DNA from: Blepharisma stoltei ATCC 30299
Taxonomy: Eukaryota > Protista > Ciliophora
Direction of reading: 5' to 3'
DNA: 64,000 nucleotides
Assembly (NCBI GenBank): GCA_965603825.1
Contig: CBFDEM010000011.1
Location: 372,001 to 436,000 of the forward strand
The notes beneath the pieces are model-generated. The model did not search any database, had not been told where the DNA came from, and was given only the letters and a program-made list of their open reading frames with translations. Below, piece by piece: positions 1 through 10,875 of the stretch (position 1 is its first letter; every line of letters begins with the position of its first letter). The translations under genes and the position numbers were made by a program.

Positions 1-120
1 ATGCATAATGAAGGGTTTTTTAAGGTGCTGTCTGAAATTGGAAGAGAGCTGGAAACCGAATTTGATGCAAGATATGGACCGTGCGAAATCAAATTAAAAT
101 TATATAATAGGGATAAATAG
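1..120 (+). CDS. 3' end of a gene entering from the left edge (..MHNEGFFKVLSEIGRELETEFDARYGPCEIKLKLYNRDK*)
   Basis: Open frame 1-117 with coding-like composition, TAG at 118-120, then AT-rich spacer. Confidence 0.55.
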   Translation: MHNEGFFKVLSEIGRELETEFDARYGPCEIKLKLYNRDK

Positions 121-341
121 ATAAATTTATTAAAAAATGAGAGAAAAAATAAATAGCCAATTTAGTAAATTGAATATTATGATGGCATTTAAAACTGTAA
201 TATATTTTTCATGGCTAACTAGGAAAAAAACGCTGGATTTTATAATTATTAAATGCTTAATAAACTGTAAAAATAAATCCTGCCATTTGATATTAGATTA
301 ATTTCATTAAATTTCTTTTCATTCGAAAACAAGCGCACTAG

Positions 342-938
342 CTATTCCTTTGGCTTCTTTACTGATAAAGCAGTTAAAGCATGAAGGACTGTCCTTGATA
401 TTGATTTTGTCTTGTATTTACAGAATTTATGAGCTAAGTCACTATTTCTATGCACCATACTAAAGCACTCTACACAGTATCGTTTAGTAGGGCACCCGGT
501 GCACCATCCTGCTGCCTTTTTCGAGCAATTAGCGCATTTGAAGTTATCTAGAAGCGCATAGACTTTATCCATTGAGTTCGAAGAAGATTGAGTGCTGTTT
601 CCGCTGTTTAAGTCCATAACTTCCTTTTGTTCTTCTTTTATTTCAACCGGGCTATCTTCAATTGATAGTAAAGGCTTATCATTTTTAGATAGTTCCTGTG
701 GAGAAATTTCATGTATTGTAATATATTTTGCTAGTTTATTTTCATCTGTTTCTGCAACTGCTTGCAAGGCATGCCCTGATAGTTTTGGTGACAAAATGTC
801 AATTGTTTCTTCTTCTCGTACTTTGCACGGCGAATATGAGTTAATTTCGGTAGTATCTGAGCGGCTATAATCAGGACTAATGTTCGGTCGCCCTCTTGCG
901 CAGCAAGACGGAAAGAATTTATCGATCCAACTTTCCAT
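342..938 (-). CDS. 198-aa protein with C-terminal B-box-like zinc finger
   Basis: CANC..WCTGC..YCVECFSMVH..H Cys/His pattern; ATG to TAG. Confidence 0.75.
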   Translation of the reverse strand: MESWIDKFFPSCCARGRPNISPDYSRSDTTEINSYSPCKVREEETIDILSPKLSGHALQAVAETDENKLAKYITIHEISPQELSKNDKPLLSIEDSPVEIKEEQKEVMDLNSGNSTQSSSNSMDKVYALLDNFKCANCSKKAAGWCTGCPTKRYCVECFSMVHRNSDLAHKFCKYKTKSISRTVLHALTALSVKKPKE

Positions 939-1322
939 ATTGCATATCTCTATTCTTTGTTTTTGTAATGAAATTTGATAATTAATACTTTTATTAATAA
1001 AAACTCTATGCCTTTCTACTAAAATAATCTAAATTCATTATTGCTTATTTCACTTAATTTGCATAAATTGCCAAATATTATCAATCTATAGTATTTTATA
1101 TCTATTATAAGAATATAACATTTCTACAGGGCTGCTATAATTTTTAAAAGAATACAAGATATTTATGAGAATTTCTACATTTAAGCACTATTATCTTATA
1201 ATTTGTTTACTATTAGCTATATAACGTAAATTCATGATCCAATCAAAATCACTTCTAAGGATTAATTATTTAATCTAAAATTTTTTAGATGGTTTAATAA
1301 TTTTTAAGCTTAATCCAACCAT

Positions 1323-1721
1323 CTATAATGCTAATTGCTTAGACATTGGATTCTCAAAGGCAGCATTCAGCTTGCTCATAATGATCCTGTCTTTGCGCTT
1401 GGTGAAATCTTGATTATGGAAATATCTGACAAAAAAGAAAGGTCCAAGCCCAAGAGCAACTCTAATATTAGTTCTCGCAAATCCTGAAAAAGCTTTCCAT
1501 CCTGCTATCTTTGATACAAGCCACTGCAAAGTCCCAAAAGTTCCTAGAGTTCCCAATTCTATATATAGCCAGGTATTCTCTCTCTGCGAGAACTTATAGT
1601 ATTCTTCCATTGTCATATAGTCTTGCATGGGAGCGATTTTATAAGCAGTATAATCAAGATGCCCATTGTTAAATCTGAATTCTTGAAGCCTGTTTGACCT
1701 AGGGTCGTAGTTTGAGGCCAT
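1323..1721 (-). CDS. 132-aa small membrane protein, unknown function
   Basis: Clean ATG-TAG ORF between AT-rich spacers; two moderately hydrophobic segments. Confidence 0.7.
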   Translation of the reverse strand: MASNYDPRSNRLQEFRFNNGHLDYTAYKIAPMQDYMTMEEYYKFSQRENTWLYIELGTLGTFGTLQWLVSKIAGWKAFSGFARTNIRVALGLGPFFFVRYFHNQDFTKRKDRIIMSKLNAAFENPMSKQLAL

Positions 1722-1829
1722 ATTTATAATTCAGCTTTCTCGTCTTTTTAAAATTTGATTTTTATCAATGAAATGTATTTTCTAAAGAGATTTTTTATAA
1801 TTTTTTATTATGAAAATTCACTTTTATTA

Positions 1830-3290
1830 CTAAAGCTTAAGGACTATTTTATTGAATAAATCATGTGCTGGGACTTTTGCACGAAGTTTCATACATAGAA
1901 GATAAACCCCTGACAATTTCCTATGAAGTGTGTACGTCTCAGGAGGTGGAGGGCATTTTCTATGCTGCATCATTGTAGGCATTTGCTTATAAACTTGTGG
2001 GGTTATCCCTTGATTTCCAAAATCATAAAGCCCAGGTGTAGAAAAAGGCTCTCCAACAGCAAAGCAGGCATTAACATGAGCATCATATAGTTCCGCAGCC
2101 TCATCATTTTTGAAATACCCAATCTCATTTGACCAATGCAAAACTCCTTCCCTGTCTTTTTTGACCCCAGAAACGACAACATGCTTATATTTCTCCACAA
2201 ATTGGTCAGAATAAGTCCTTGTGGCTCCAAAGTCAAGTAAGTCTAATTCATCATCTTCAGGGTCATATTGGAAATTTGCAGGGTTAGGGTCAGTTTGCAT
2301 GTATTTCCAATCGAAAATTTCCCTGAGTGTGACTTCCATAATTCTTGTCCCAATGGAGTCTCTTCTTTTTTGGCTGGCTTGTCGTGAGAAATCTTCAAAT
2401 ACAAGGCTGTCTACGTATTCTGACACAAGAATGTGCTTTGTGGAGACTTCTTCGAAAACGTCAGGTACATAGACCCCTTTTATATTCTTAGTCAGTCCTT
2501 TAAACTTTAGCTGGTGTTCAGCTTCCAATGAATAATTGCACTCATTAATTAAGTCTTCTCGTGTGTGGTCTACTAATGCGTCAAAATACAATCCTTTTGG
2601 AAGAATATTTGTCCATGTAAAGAGCATGTGTAAGTTATTTAAGTCACTGTTGATGCTGGTATCAACTCCTGGATACTGTACTTTTATAGCTACTTTTTTA
2701 CCTTTATAAACCCCTGTGTGAACCTGTCCAATAGAGGCAGCTGCGAACGGTTCCATATTAAACTCGTCAAATTTCGATCTCCAGTTTTCCCCAATTTCCT
2801 TATTTAATACACGTTCTAGCTGTGCTGACGGCATAATATAAGCTTCTCTGCGGGTTCTTTCCATAGCTCTAAGAAGAGTAGGAGGCAGTTTTTGTGTGTC
2901 TTGGAAGCTAACAAATTGCCCTAATTTTAAAGCAGCCCCTCTCATTTTTAACATCCCTTCAGTCAAAATCTCAATGTTTTTTTCTGAAAGGGCATGCTGC
3001 TTCAGTGACCCAGAAAAGCCAGATTTATACGCCTGGGATATCGTCCCTCCTATCAGCGAGCCTCCTAGTTTGGCAAAATTAAAAGCTCGTGAAATACTGG
3101 ATGCTGGCACAGCTCTTTCAATCCCTTTAAAAATCGGTCTATCTGATTTCATGATCTCTAGCTCTTCTGTGTCAGCCTCTTCTTGCTTTGGGGCGAATTC
3201 ATGGAGTGTGTAGCGTGTATTGAAGCCAATTGGCAGGAAATGACGAAGAGTGTAAATTTTTCGAGTAAGTACGGCGTTACGACTAAGCAT
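1830..3290 (-). CDS. COQ8: ABC1/UbiB-family atypical kinase COQ8 (ADCK3/4), mitochondrial
   Basis: MRGAALKLGQ (KxGQ), PFAAASIGQVH, VAIKVQYPG, MQTDPNPANF, LLDFGA, CPPPPETYTLHRKLSG; N-terminal presequence. Confidence 0.95.
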   Translation of the reverse strand: MLSRNAVLTRKIYTLRHFLPIGFNTRYTLHEFAPKQEEADTEELEIMKSDRPIFKGIERAVPASSISRAFNFAKLGGSLIGGTISQAYKSGFSGSLKQHALSEKNIEILTEGMLKMRGAALKLGQFVSFQDTQKLPPTLLRAMERTRREAYIMPSAQLERVLNKEIGENWRSKFDEFNMEPFAAASIGQVHTGVYKGKKVAIKVQYPGVDTSINSDLNNLHMLFTWTNILPKGLYFDALVDHTREDLINECNYSLEAEHQLKFKGLTKNIKGVYVPDVFEEVSTKHILVSEYVDSLVFEDFSRQASQKRRDSIGTRIMEVTLREIFDWKYMQTDPNPANFQYDPEDDELDLLDFGATRTYSDQFVEKYKHVVVSGVKKDREGVLHWSNEIGYFKNDEAAELYDAHVNACFAVGEPFSTPGLYDFGNQGITPQVYKQMPTMMQHRKCPPPPETYTLHRKLSGVYLLCMKLRAKVPAHDLFNKIVLKL

Positions 3291-3321
3291 CCAAAGATAT
3301 AATTTTAATTAATGGTATGTA

Positions 3322-5137
3322 TTAAAGTTTAAAAGCTTCACGGGATTTTATAAAACCTTGCAAGGCAGAAGTGACGCTTGTAGGGGGAACTGGTTGCTTG
3401 GGCTCAGATTTTTTAGATTTCTTAGGATTAGGAGGAAGCTTAGATGCTGAGTTATCTTTGGATGGGGACGAAAAAATACCGTGAGAAGGGTAGGAACATT
3501 TGTTGCTGGGGCTTCTATATTGTTCGTAGCTTTTGGAGATACTTTCTATGTAGTCGAAACCGTTTTCTTGATGCTCATCACTGTCTTCAGCAAATTCAAC
3601 AACTTTTCGCTGGGGTTTTTCAATTGGAATAGGAGGGTCTTTTATGACCTGGTCGATAAATCTATATTCTTCATATTTCGCTGAGGATTTTTGAGTAGAT
3701 TCTTTAGAGTTCGGGACACTTTGCCCTGAGATTTGACTGATTTTATCATTTACTGTATTTTCTATATAATTCTTAAGCCTCATCTCAATATCTGTCAAAT
3801 TATCTTGCAGCTGAGAAGTCACATAATGTTTATTGGCCAAAATCCTATTGTTTATTTCTTTAGTTATCATGGAATTGCTCACTTTTTTCATTTTCCCTTG
3901 AATTTCTATATACTGCTGCTCAGCATATCTCATCACTTGTCTTTTTACATCAAAAGCTAAGTCTTCTTGTTGATAATTTTCCCTTACTCGTCTTTTTACA
4001 TCATAAGCTGAGTCTTCTTTTTGATAATTTTCCCTTATCAATTTTCCAGCACTGCTTGATCTATTAATCTTTTTTTCTGGAAAATTTTCAATTTTATGCT
4101 CAGAGCTATAAGACTCATTTATTCTTCTTTCATTAGCTCTTGATAGCCTCTCTACATTATCTACTGTATTTTCTTTCAGTTTTATAAATAATTCTTTTGA
4201 AGCTCTTGCTAGCAGATTTTCGGCTTCTTTTTCTAGGTCAAATTGGGTGTTTCTTAGCTGATCATTTAAAATTTCTCCTAATTTTTGGAATCATTCTTCG
4301 TCAAGCTGGGCTTCAAATTTATGGCTAGAGGACTTCATGTAAGCTTCCATCCCTTCTTTTATTTTTCTTCTGTTATCTGGCCTAACTGAATCTGAACGAA
4401 TGCTTATATCTGCTTTTGACATCGTCGGTGTCGAGTACCTTGAAACTGATTTTAATGATGATTCCGATTTAACAGAAATCAATGAGCTGCTATTTCTCCT
4501 TGCCAAATTTGTATAAGCTGGCTTAGGCACATTAATTGCTTCTTCTTTGCTTTTTCAGCTTACCTGTGGTGCTGAGCTCTCTGTCGAATTTCTCGTCATT
4601 GGAGACTGGCTTCTTTCCTTTTTCCTCCTCAAGCTTGCAGTCTTCTGCAGCAGTGTGATCATCTCAATGTTTTTCGCTCTATCAATGGCTTTTTTCCCAA
4701 ACTAAATATTCCTTACACAGTCCTTATGCTCAATATCACAGCCAGCGTTTAATAAAAGTTGGACTATATTCGTGTAGTTATGATATACACTTATCGTCAA
4801 AGGTGTCCAACCTCTGTGGTCTGGCAAATCAATCTTCACTTTCTTTTCCAAAAGTAGCTTTACTATATTTTCTCTATTATGCCAGCAAGCAAGAAATAAG
4901 ATACTTTGCCCGGCCTACTGAAGTAAAGTTTACATCATTGATGGCGTTGATATCGGTACCTTGGTTAATTAGTTCTCTGGCGGCTTCAAAATGCCCTTCT
5001 TTAACTGCCAAGGCAAGTGGGGTGTAGCCTGCTGAGTTTTTTTCGCTGAGACTTTTGGGATTGGCAAGGGTCTTGATTCTGTCGAGGTTTCCTTGTTCAC
5101 TTACTATCATAAGTTCAGTTTGGGCTCTTTTTGACAT
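3322..5137 (-). CDS. Ankyrin-repeat protein with coiled-coil C-terminus, about 593 aa; exons 5137-4934, 4914-4717, 4701-3322; 2 in-frame TGA
   Basis: Ankyrin repeats (AGYTPLALAV, AGQSILFLAC, RGWTPLTISV, FGKKAIDRA) become continuous after removing two tiny introns; joins ORFs 4877-5137, 4291-4530 and 3322-4041. Confidence 0.8.
3934..4035 (-). repeat. Coding tandem duplication, 2 x 51 bp (RENYQKEDSAYDVKRRV / RENYQQEDLAFDVKRQV)
   Basis: Visible in protein and DNA. Confidence 0.85.
4702..4716 (-). other. 15-nt spliceosomal intron GTAAGGAATATTTAG
   Basis: GT..TAG, A at position 10; removal eliminates in-frame TAG and restores ankyrin HKDC|FGKKA. Confidence 0.85.
4915..4933 (-). other. 19-nt intron GTAAACTTTACTTCAGTAG with tandem CAG/TAG acceptors
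   Basis: Needed to move into the frame encoding the next ankyrin repeat (INAIND|AGQSILF). Confidence 0.7.
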
Positions 5138-5158
5138 TTATTAGGATTTAAAATAAAT

Positions 5159-6445
5159 TTACATTATTAAGCATCTTTGGCAGGAAGCTGTATTGGTAGT
5201 TTTTTCCATTATAAGGGATTCTCGCTTTTCCTTGAGGGTAGTTTCTTCTTGGAGTTTGGAAAGGATACGATTTCTGTGGCCGAGCTTTATGACACCGATA
5301 TCTACAAGCAATTGGTCTGTGATTGGGTATCTTGAATGCATTAGGCTTAAAATCGTATTATAGTCATCAAAACCTGATTCTATAAAAATGTCTTTAAGCT
5401 CTGAGAGCTTCATGCTTTCTAACCATTCTGATACTGATATTTTAGGCTGAGTCTCAGAAGAGTTCTTTATTGTCTTTGCAGAAGCTGGGCTATAAGGCAT
5501 TATTCCTGCCTCTTCCTCCATTTTCATAAGAAACTTATTGATAAGCCCTGCCTTCTTGATGCCAATTCTGCTTAAGTCTTCTTTTTTAATAGGAATAGAG
5601 CTATGCATCTGCTCAATAATATTGTTTAAGTCTTCAAACCCATTCTCACACAAGACATCATATATTTCTAGTAGCCCATTTTTTTCTAGCCAATTATATA
5701 ATGGAGTTATTTCTGCCTTTTTCTTAATGACACTAATTTCTGACTCTGGCTCAAAATTTTCAGTCCTATTCAAATTTATAGGTTTTTCTGTAACTATTGG
5801 GTGACTGGATTCTCTCAGCATTTCTTCTTGAAGGAATTTCATATAGTCTTGGACTTCTTTATTGGCTAGTTCAAATGGAGATTTGCCATGTAGGTCTTTT
5901 AAGTCCAAATCCCCTCCTGCTTTTACCATCAAGCTTATACTTTCCATGTGTCCACAGTCAGCCGCATAATGGAGTGGGGTTCTCCCAAACATATGGTTAG
6001 GGATGTTTGGGTCTGCTTTGTTATTTAGCAATATTGAAACCATCTTGCTATCACCTCTATATGCAGCATGATGCAAAGAAGTATCGCCATCATTCTGCTG
6101 GAGATTTGCATTCGCCCCGTATTTTAAGAGAATTTCAGCAAGAGCATATTGAGAATTATCAGCTGCTTGGTGAAGAGGAGCTTCTCCTAGGTTGTTAATA
6201 ATATTTGGATCTGCTTTGTGCTTGAGTAAATATTCTGCACCTTTTAGATGTCCACATATAACTGTCCTGTATAGAGGAGTCCAGCCTAAAGCTTCATCTT
6301 TTTCATTAAGTTTATCTGGGTGCAATTTAAAGGCTCGCTTTATAGCATCCAGATCGCCAAGTCGGCAGGCTTTTTGTAAGTCTATTTCATCTATAGAAGC
6401 TTTAGGAGCTCGAGGAGAGATAGCAGCGATATTATATTGAATCAT
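5159..6445 (-). CDS. Ankyrin-repeat + two SAM-domain protein with C-terminal CaaX (CLIM), 428 aa
   Basis: GWTPLY/GEAPLH/GDTSLH/GRTPLH repeats; SAM motifs WLEKNGL..IGIKKAG and WLESMKL..IGVIKLGHRNRIL. Confidence 0.9.
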   Translation of the reverse strand: MIQYNIAAISPRAPKASIDEIDLQKACRLGDLDAIKRAFKLHPDKLNEKDEALGWTPLYRTVICGHLKGAEYLLKHKADPNIINNLGEAPLHQAADNSQYALAEILLKYGANANLQQNDGDTSLHHAAYRGDSKMVSILLNNKADPNIPNHMFGRTPLHYAADCGHMESISLMVKAGGDLDLKDLHGKSPFELANKEVQDYMKFLQEEMLRESSHPIVTEKPINLNRTENFEPESEISVIKKKAEITPLYNWLEKNGLLEIYDVLCENGFEDLNNIIEQMHSSIPIKKEDLSRIGIKKAGLINKFLMKMEEEAGIMPYSPASAKTIKNSSETQPKISVSEWLESMKLSELKDIFIESGFDDYNTILSLMHSRYPITDQLLVDIGVIKLGHRNRILSKLQEETTLKEKRESLIMEKTTNTASCQRCLIM

Positions 6446-6636
6446 GATGCAAATTATTATCTTCTCATATTTACCATTTAGAAATTTCGAATTTTTACAA
6501 TAAAGACACCTGATAAATAACTGAAATTAAAAATTTATAAGATTAGCCTTATAATTTATTTATGTCAATTTATATTTTAAAATAAATACATAAATTGTCC
6601 AAATTCAAAGATAATTATTTTAAAATTAAATAGAAA

Positions 6637-7542
6637 ATGACTTACAATAGAAGAGAAATAGGCATAGGTGGGAGCATATGAGCTACAGGAATTATGCTTA
6701 CCCTCTCTTCCCTGCTCATTTTAAGCCAGCTTACTCAACAAATTCAAAAGATGAAATATAAAAAAGCTCAACTGAGATTATGCTTTATGATTCTTGCCCC
6801 TGTTTTAATAGGGTGGCCATCATGAGTTGTATTAATCCTTGGGCCTGATGCAGGAATTCTTGAATATGTAGGTGATTTATTTAAAGGAGTTATTTTATTT
6901 ATATTCGTTGACTACTCAATAATACTTATCGGCTGAGAAAAAAATGAGGCAGATTCCGAATTCAGCCAAGCAAGAGCTGAAGGATGTTTTATTCGTCTTG
7001 AAAATGTGAAACAAATCTGTGAATGTATGGGGTCAACTAAAATAAAAAATCAAGAAGACGTCTCGTGGTTTCTCAATAAAGTGAGAATTGCGGCATTGCA
7101 AACTTGTATTGTGTTTTTTTGCTTACTTGTGGTTTCTGTTATTTTAAAGCTGATTTCTGGGGATTATCTTAAGTATGGGGATATGGATCCGACATATGGC
7201 TATTTCTGAATCAATATGTTTAAAATTCTATCTGCAACAGTGGCACTTTATCAGCTGTTTACTTATTTGAAAAATATTTCACAAATCCCTGAAATGAAAT
7301 TATTACAAATTAGATCAAAATCATATATGATTTTATTGACCTTGGCGTTGACTCTCTATCAATCTGCTATAATTGGAGGCTTATCACGCTGGTCAAGTAT
7401 ATCTGATGAGGCCAATTACTCAAGAGAAAATATAACCAGTTACACCTCTAACTTGCTAATTTGTGTAGAAATGATAGTTTTAGCCCTCGTTCAAGGAACA
7501 ATTTTCACTGCAGAGGACTATAGTCTTGATCTTCATAAATAA
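6637..7542 (+). CDS. OST-alpha/TMEM184-family multipass membrane protein, about 301 aa, 4 in-frame TGA
   Basis: ATG 6637 open to TAA 7542 with TGA=W; several TM segments; NLLICVEMIVLALVQ resembles the family C-terminal motif. Confidence 0.75.
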
Positions 7543-7846
7543 ATTTCAAATATGGAATAATGGGCATAAATGAGGCATTTTCATCAGTAGAAAAATCTTC
7601 CTCTCTTTAGCAAATTATTATTAATTTTAATCACTTTAAGGCAATCCTAAAGAATTTCTTAGTTAAGCCGTTTACAGAAAAAAATATGCGTTTAACGATC
7701 TATTGATTTAAAACACATATATTTATCTAAGGAAATCTTAAAAGAAATCTAGGATTTAGCAACGTTAAAATTTTTTTATAGAAGAAGTTTTGAAATATTA
7801 ATAGAAACAGATGAAAAAATAATATAAACTCTCATTTATAAATCAA

Positions 7847-9736
7847 ATGTTTGAATACAGTGAATATTCTCAAAATAAAAAGCTCACTTTTGCCAACAAA
7901 ATCGACAGCTACAGCAGATGAATTCCAAGTCCTGTATCAGAAGACTCAGATCCAGAGCTAGTAAGGTGTATTTCTCGCTTAAGCGATCCGGAGTATGCCG
8001 AAGAAGCGGCAGGTGAAAAAATTGTATCGCTTATGCTGAGCCTTGAAAGATCTAGTATGATTTGTGAAGATTTTCGATCAAATGAATTCAGGAAAGCCGA
8101 AGAGCTGAAAAATCTTTTATTTAAAAAAGGGAACCAGCCTCAATTTGAATTTAAACAGAAATTGAATACGAATACTGACTGTTCTAACATTAAAATCAAT
8201 TGCAGCATAGCAGACTTATACAAACTGTTAGAAGACATCGAAAAATTCATAGACTTAGTTGAGTCGTCAACATCTTCAAGCAATATAATAAGCATAGGCT
8301 CCAAGTCCTTATATATTTATGTTGAAAATAAAGGGATAATATTCCCTGAAAAGCAAACTTTGACAAAATTAGCAAACAATTTAATAAATAAAGAAAAAGA
8401 AAACAAGCCTTTCAATGCGTCTCAAGCCCGATCTTATATTCGGCAGCTTGAAAATGAAGTTGAAGAGTTAAGAATGCAGATAATTATACCGAAAGAAATG
8501 GTTGATTTTGGAAAAGCTTTGCAAAATAGTATTATTTTTTCCCATAATAATATTGACGAACTACTTGAAAGCAAAAATCCAGAATGTGACAGAAAACTCG
8601 AAAAATTAATGATACCAAAACCTAATATGTGCAGCTATTCAAACCTAGAAAATGAAACTAAAAAGCTTATAAAAAGTCGTAAGACCACCCATAAATTAAA
8701 TGAAGAAGCCAAATGAATGGCCAGTGAAGCAGATATTATTAAGAAAGAATACCAAGCCAAAATAGACCAACTCAAGAAGCAGCAAGAACAAATAAATTCA
8801 CAATCAACCATATTAAAAGCAAAAACAAGAGATCTAGATAAAGAAAGAGCTTCTTTTGAGAGCCAAAAGACTAAGCTTTTAAAAGAAAAAGAAGAGCTAA
8901 TAACCCAATACAGAGACCTGGAGGATCAAAAAAAATCTTTGGAAAGAGAAAAAGAAGAATTGAACAATAAAAAGCAAAATTTTAATAGCAACCTCTCAAT
9001 TTCAATTGATGCAAACGTATTAATGCCAAACGGCAGAAGGTTCCCTGGAGTTATCCGAGAGCATAGCCGCACTCCTTCTGGGGCTCTCTGCCGCGAGCAC
9101 AGTCGGACTCCTTCAGGAATTCTCCGTCAGCATACCCGTACACCTTCTAACCTCTCCAATGCTTCAGAATCTAACTATAGAGCACCTACCCCAAGCACAA
9201 GGTCTTATGCAAATTCTTCAGTCATGCTCTTTGAAAATCCAATAGAGGACGAAATGGAAGAACTTAAAGCAGAAATAGCAGAACTTGAAGAAAGGATGAA
9301 AAATCCACGTGAAAACACTGACGCGCTCCATACAAGGCTAAATCATTCTCAAACTCAGCTAGCGAACTTAAGATCAAAAAAAGCTATTAATTGTTCGCAG
9401 TCAAATATTTCTTTTAAACACCGTATGCTTGCATTTGGCCAGCATGCACAAGGCATTACCAAGAAGCGGGGGAAGTCAAGGACAAAATCTTTCAATATGA
9501 CTCTTGATGGTCCTCTTGGAGAAAACAGCTTCGAAAATCCGAATTTTTGTGAAACACCTCATACATCGAGAAAAGCTACTTTTGACTGTCAAAATGAGTC
9601 GTTTAGTACCAACGAAACTATAAGGCGGGATTCGATAATGAGGGATTCTAGAAGCACGAATAATTTAAAGATACATTCCAAACCGGGCATCACAACAAGC
9701 TACCAAGAAAGAAAATTCGATAATATATATTATTAG
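7847..9736 (+). CDS. Coiled-coil protein, about 629 aa, with three tandem HxRxxS motifs; 2 in-frame TGA
   Basis: ATG 7847 in frame with ORFs 8033-8716 and 8717-9736, which abut at a TGA. Confidence 0.8.
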
Positions 9737-9777
9737 CTAATGATTTCAGAATATTATAATTTTTATGTAAATTAACA

Positions 9778-10764
9778 TTAAAAATCCCTAAACAATGCAT
9801 TTAAATCTGGCGGAGGTGGCTGAGTCATCGCAGTCGAATCAGGATAGCTGTCAAAGAAATGGGTATCATCTTGAGCGCTAATTTCTGGGGTTCATGGAGG
9901 CGGAATTTCTTTTCTTAAAATCATTCCCCAGTCAACCCCTCTAAACCACTTATGCCTTTTTACTGCGTCAATCCCTTTTTCTCCACATCCATATCTTTTC
10001 GTTGGATTTGCCTGGAGCAATTTTTTAATCAAATCTTTTACTCTTCTTCCAAAAACCTTGGAAAATTCAATTCTTCCTGATAGGATTTTTTGGTAGATTC
10101 CTATAGGATTTTCATCGTAAAATGGAGGAAAGCCTGCTATCATTTCATATATTAAAATTCCTAGAGCCCATCAGTCGACAGCTTTATCATGGCCAATGCT
10201 CTGGATAATCTCTGGGGCGAGATATTCAGGGGTTCCACATAGAGTGTAGGTTTTTTCAGTCATCACTTTGGCGAAGCCAAAGTCTGTAATTTTTACATGT
10301 CCTTGTCTGTCTATTAAAATGTTCTCTGGCTTCAAGTCACGATAGGCGATGTTTAATTTATGAAGATATTCGAATGCTAAAACAATTTCAGATGTATAGA
10401 ATAATGCGACATCATTGGCGAATCTTCCTTCTCGTCGGAGTCTTGAAAAGAGTTCGCCTCCACATATGTACTCTAAAAGCATATAAATAAAAGCAGTATC
10501 CTGAAAGGTTGCTAGTAGAGTGATAATAAATGGGTGCTTGATTTGCTCAAGGATGGCTTTTTCAGATTTTATGTGCTCTAATTGTTTAAGTTTTATGACA
10601 ACAGTTTTCTTCAATATTTTTAAAGCGAACGGAGGCAGGTTATTGTTGCCTTTAAGTTTGACCAGCCTAACTCTTCCAAATGTACCAGTTCCTAAGGTAG
10701 ACTGAATTTCAAAATCATTAAGCGAGAATCTTGCCCTATTTGCCCTCATTTTATTTAAATTCAT
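9778..10764 (-). CDS. cAMP-dependent protein kinase catalytic subunit-like (PKA/PRKX), about 328 aa
   Basis: GTGTFGRV, YRDLKPEN, DFGFAK, TLCGTPEYLAPE, AVD[TGA]WALG, C-terminal LFRDF (FxxF); TAA at 9778-9780. Confidence 0.95.
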
Positions 10765-10875
10765 TTAAGTAGTAATAAGAAGTTCCAACATATTAATTTT
10801 AAATAAGGAAAGAACTAAAATAATCAATCATGATTGGATATTCTTTATATTTATTTATAAATACTCATATTTTAA

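Noticed and set aside
7543-7650. TAA/TAG = Gln read-through past the OST-alpha stop
   Set aside because: Recognisable proteins end at TAA/TAG at their expected C-termini (PKA FxxF, HINT WPPG, CHID1); internal TAA/TAG occur only inside introns
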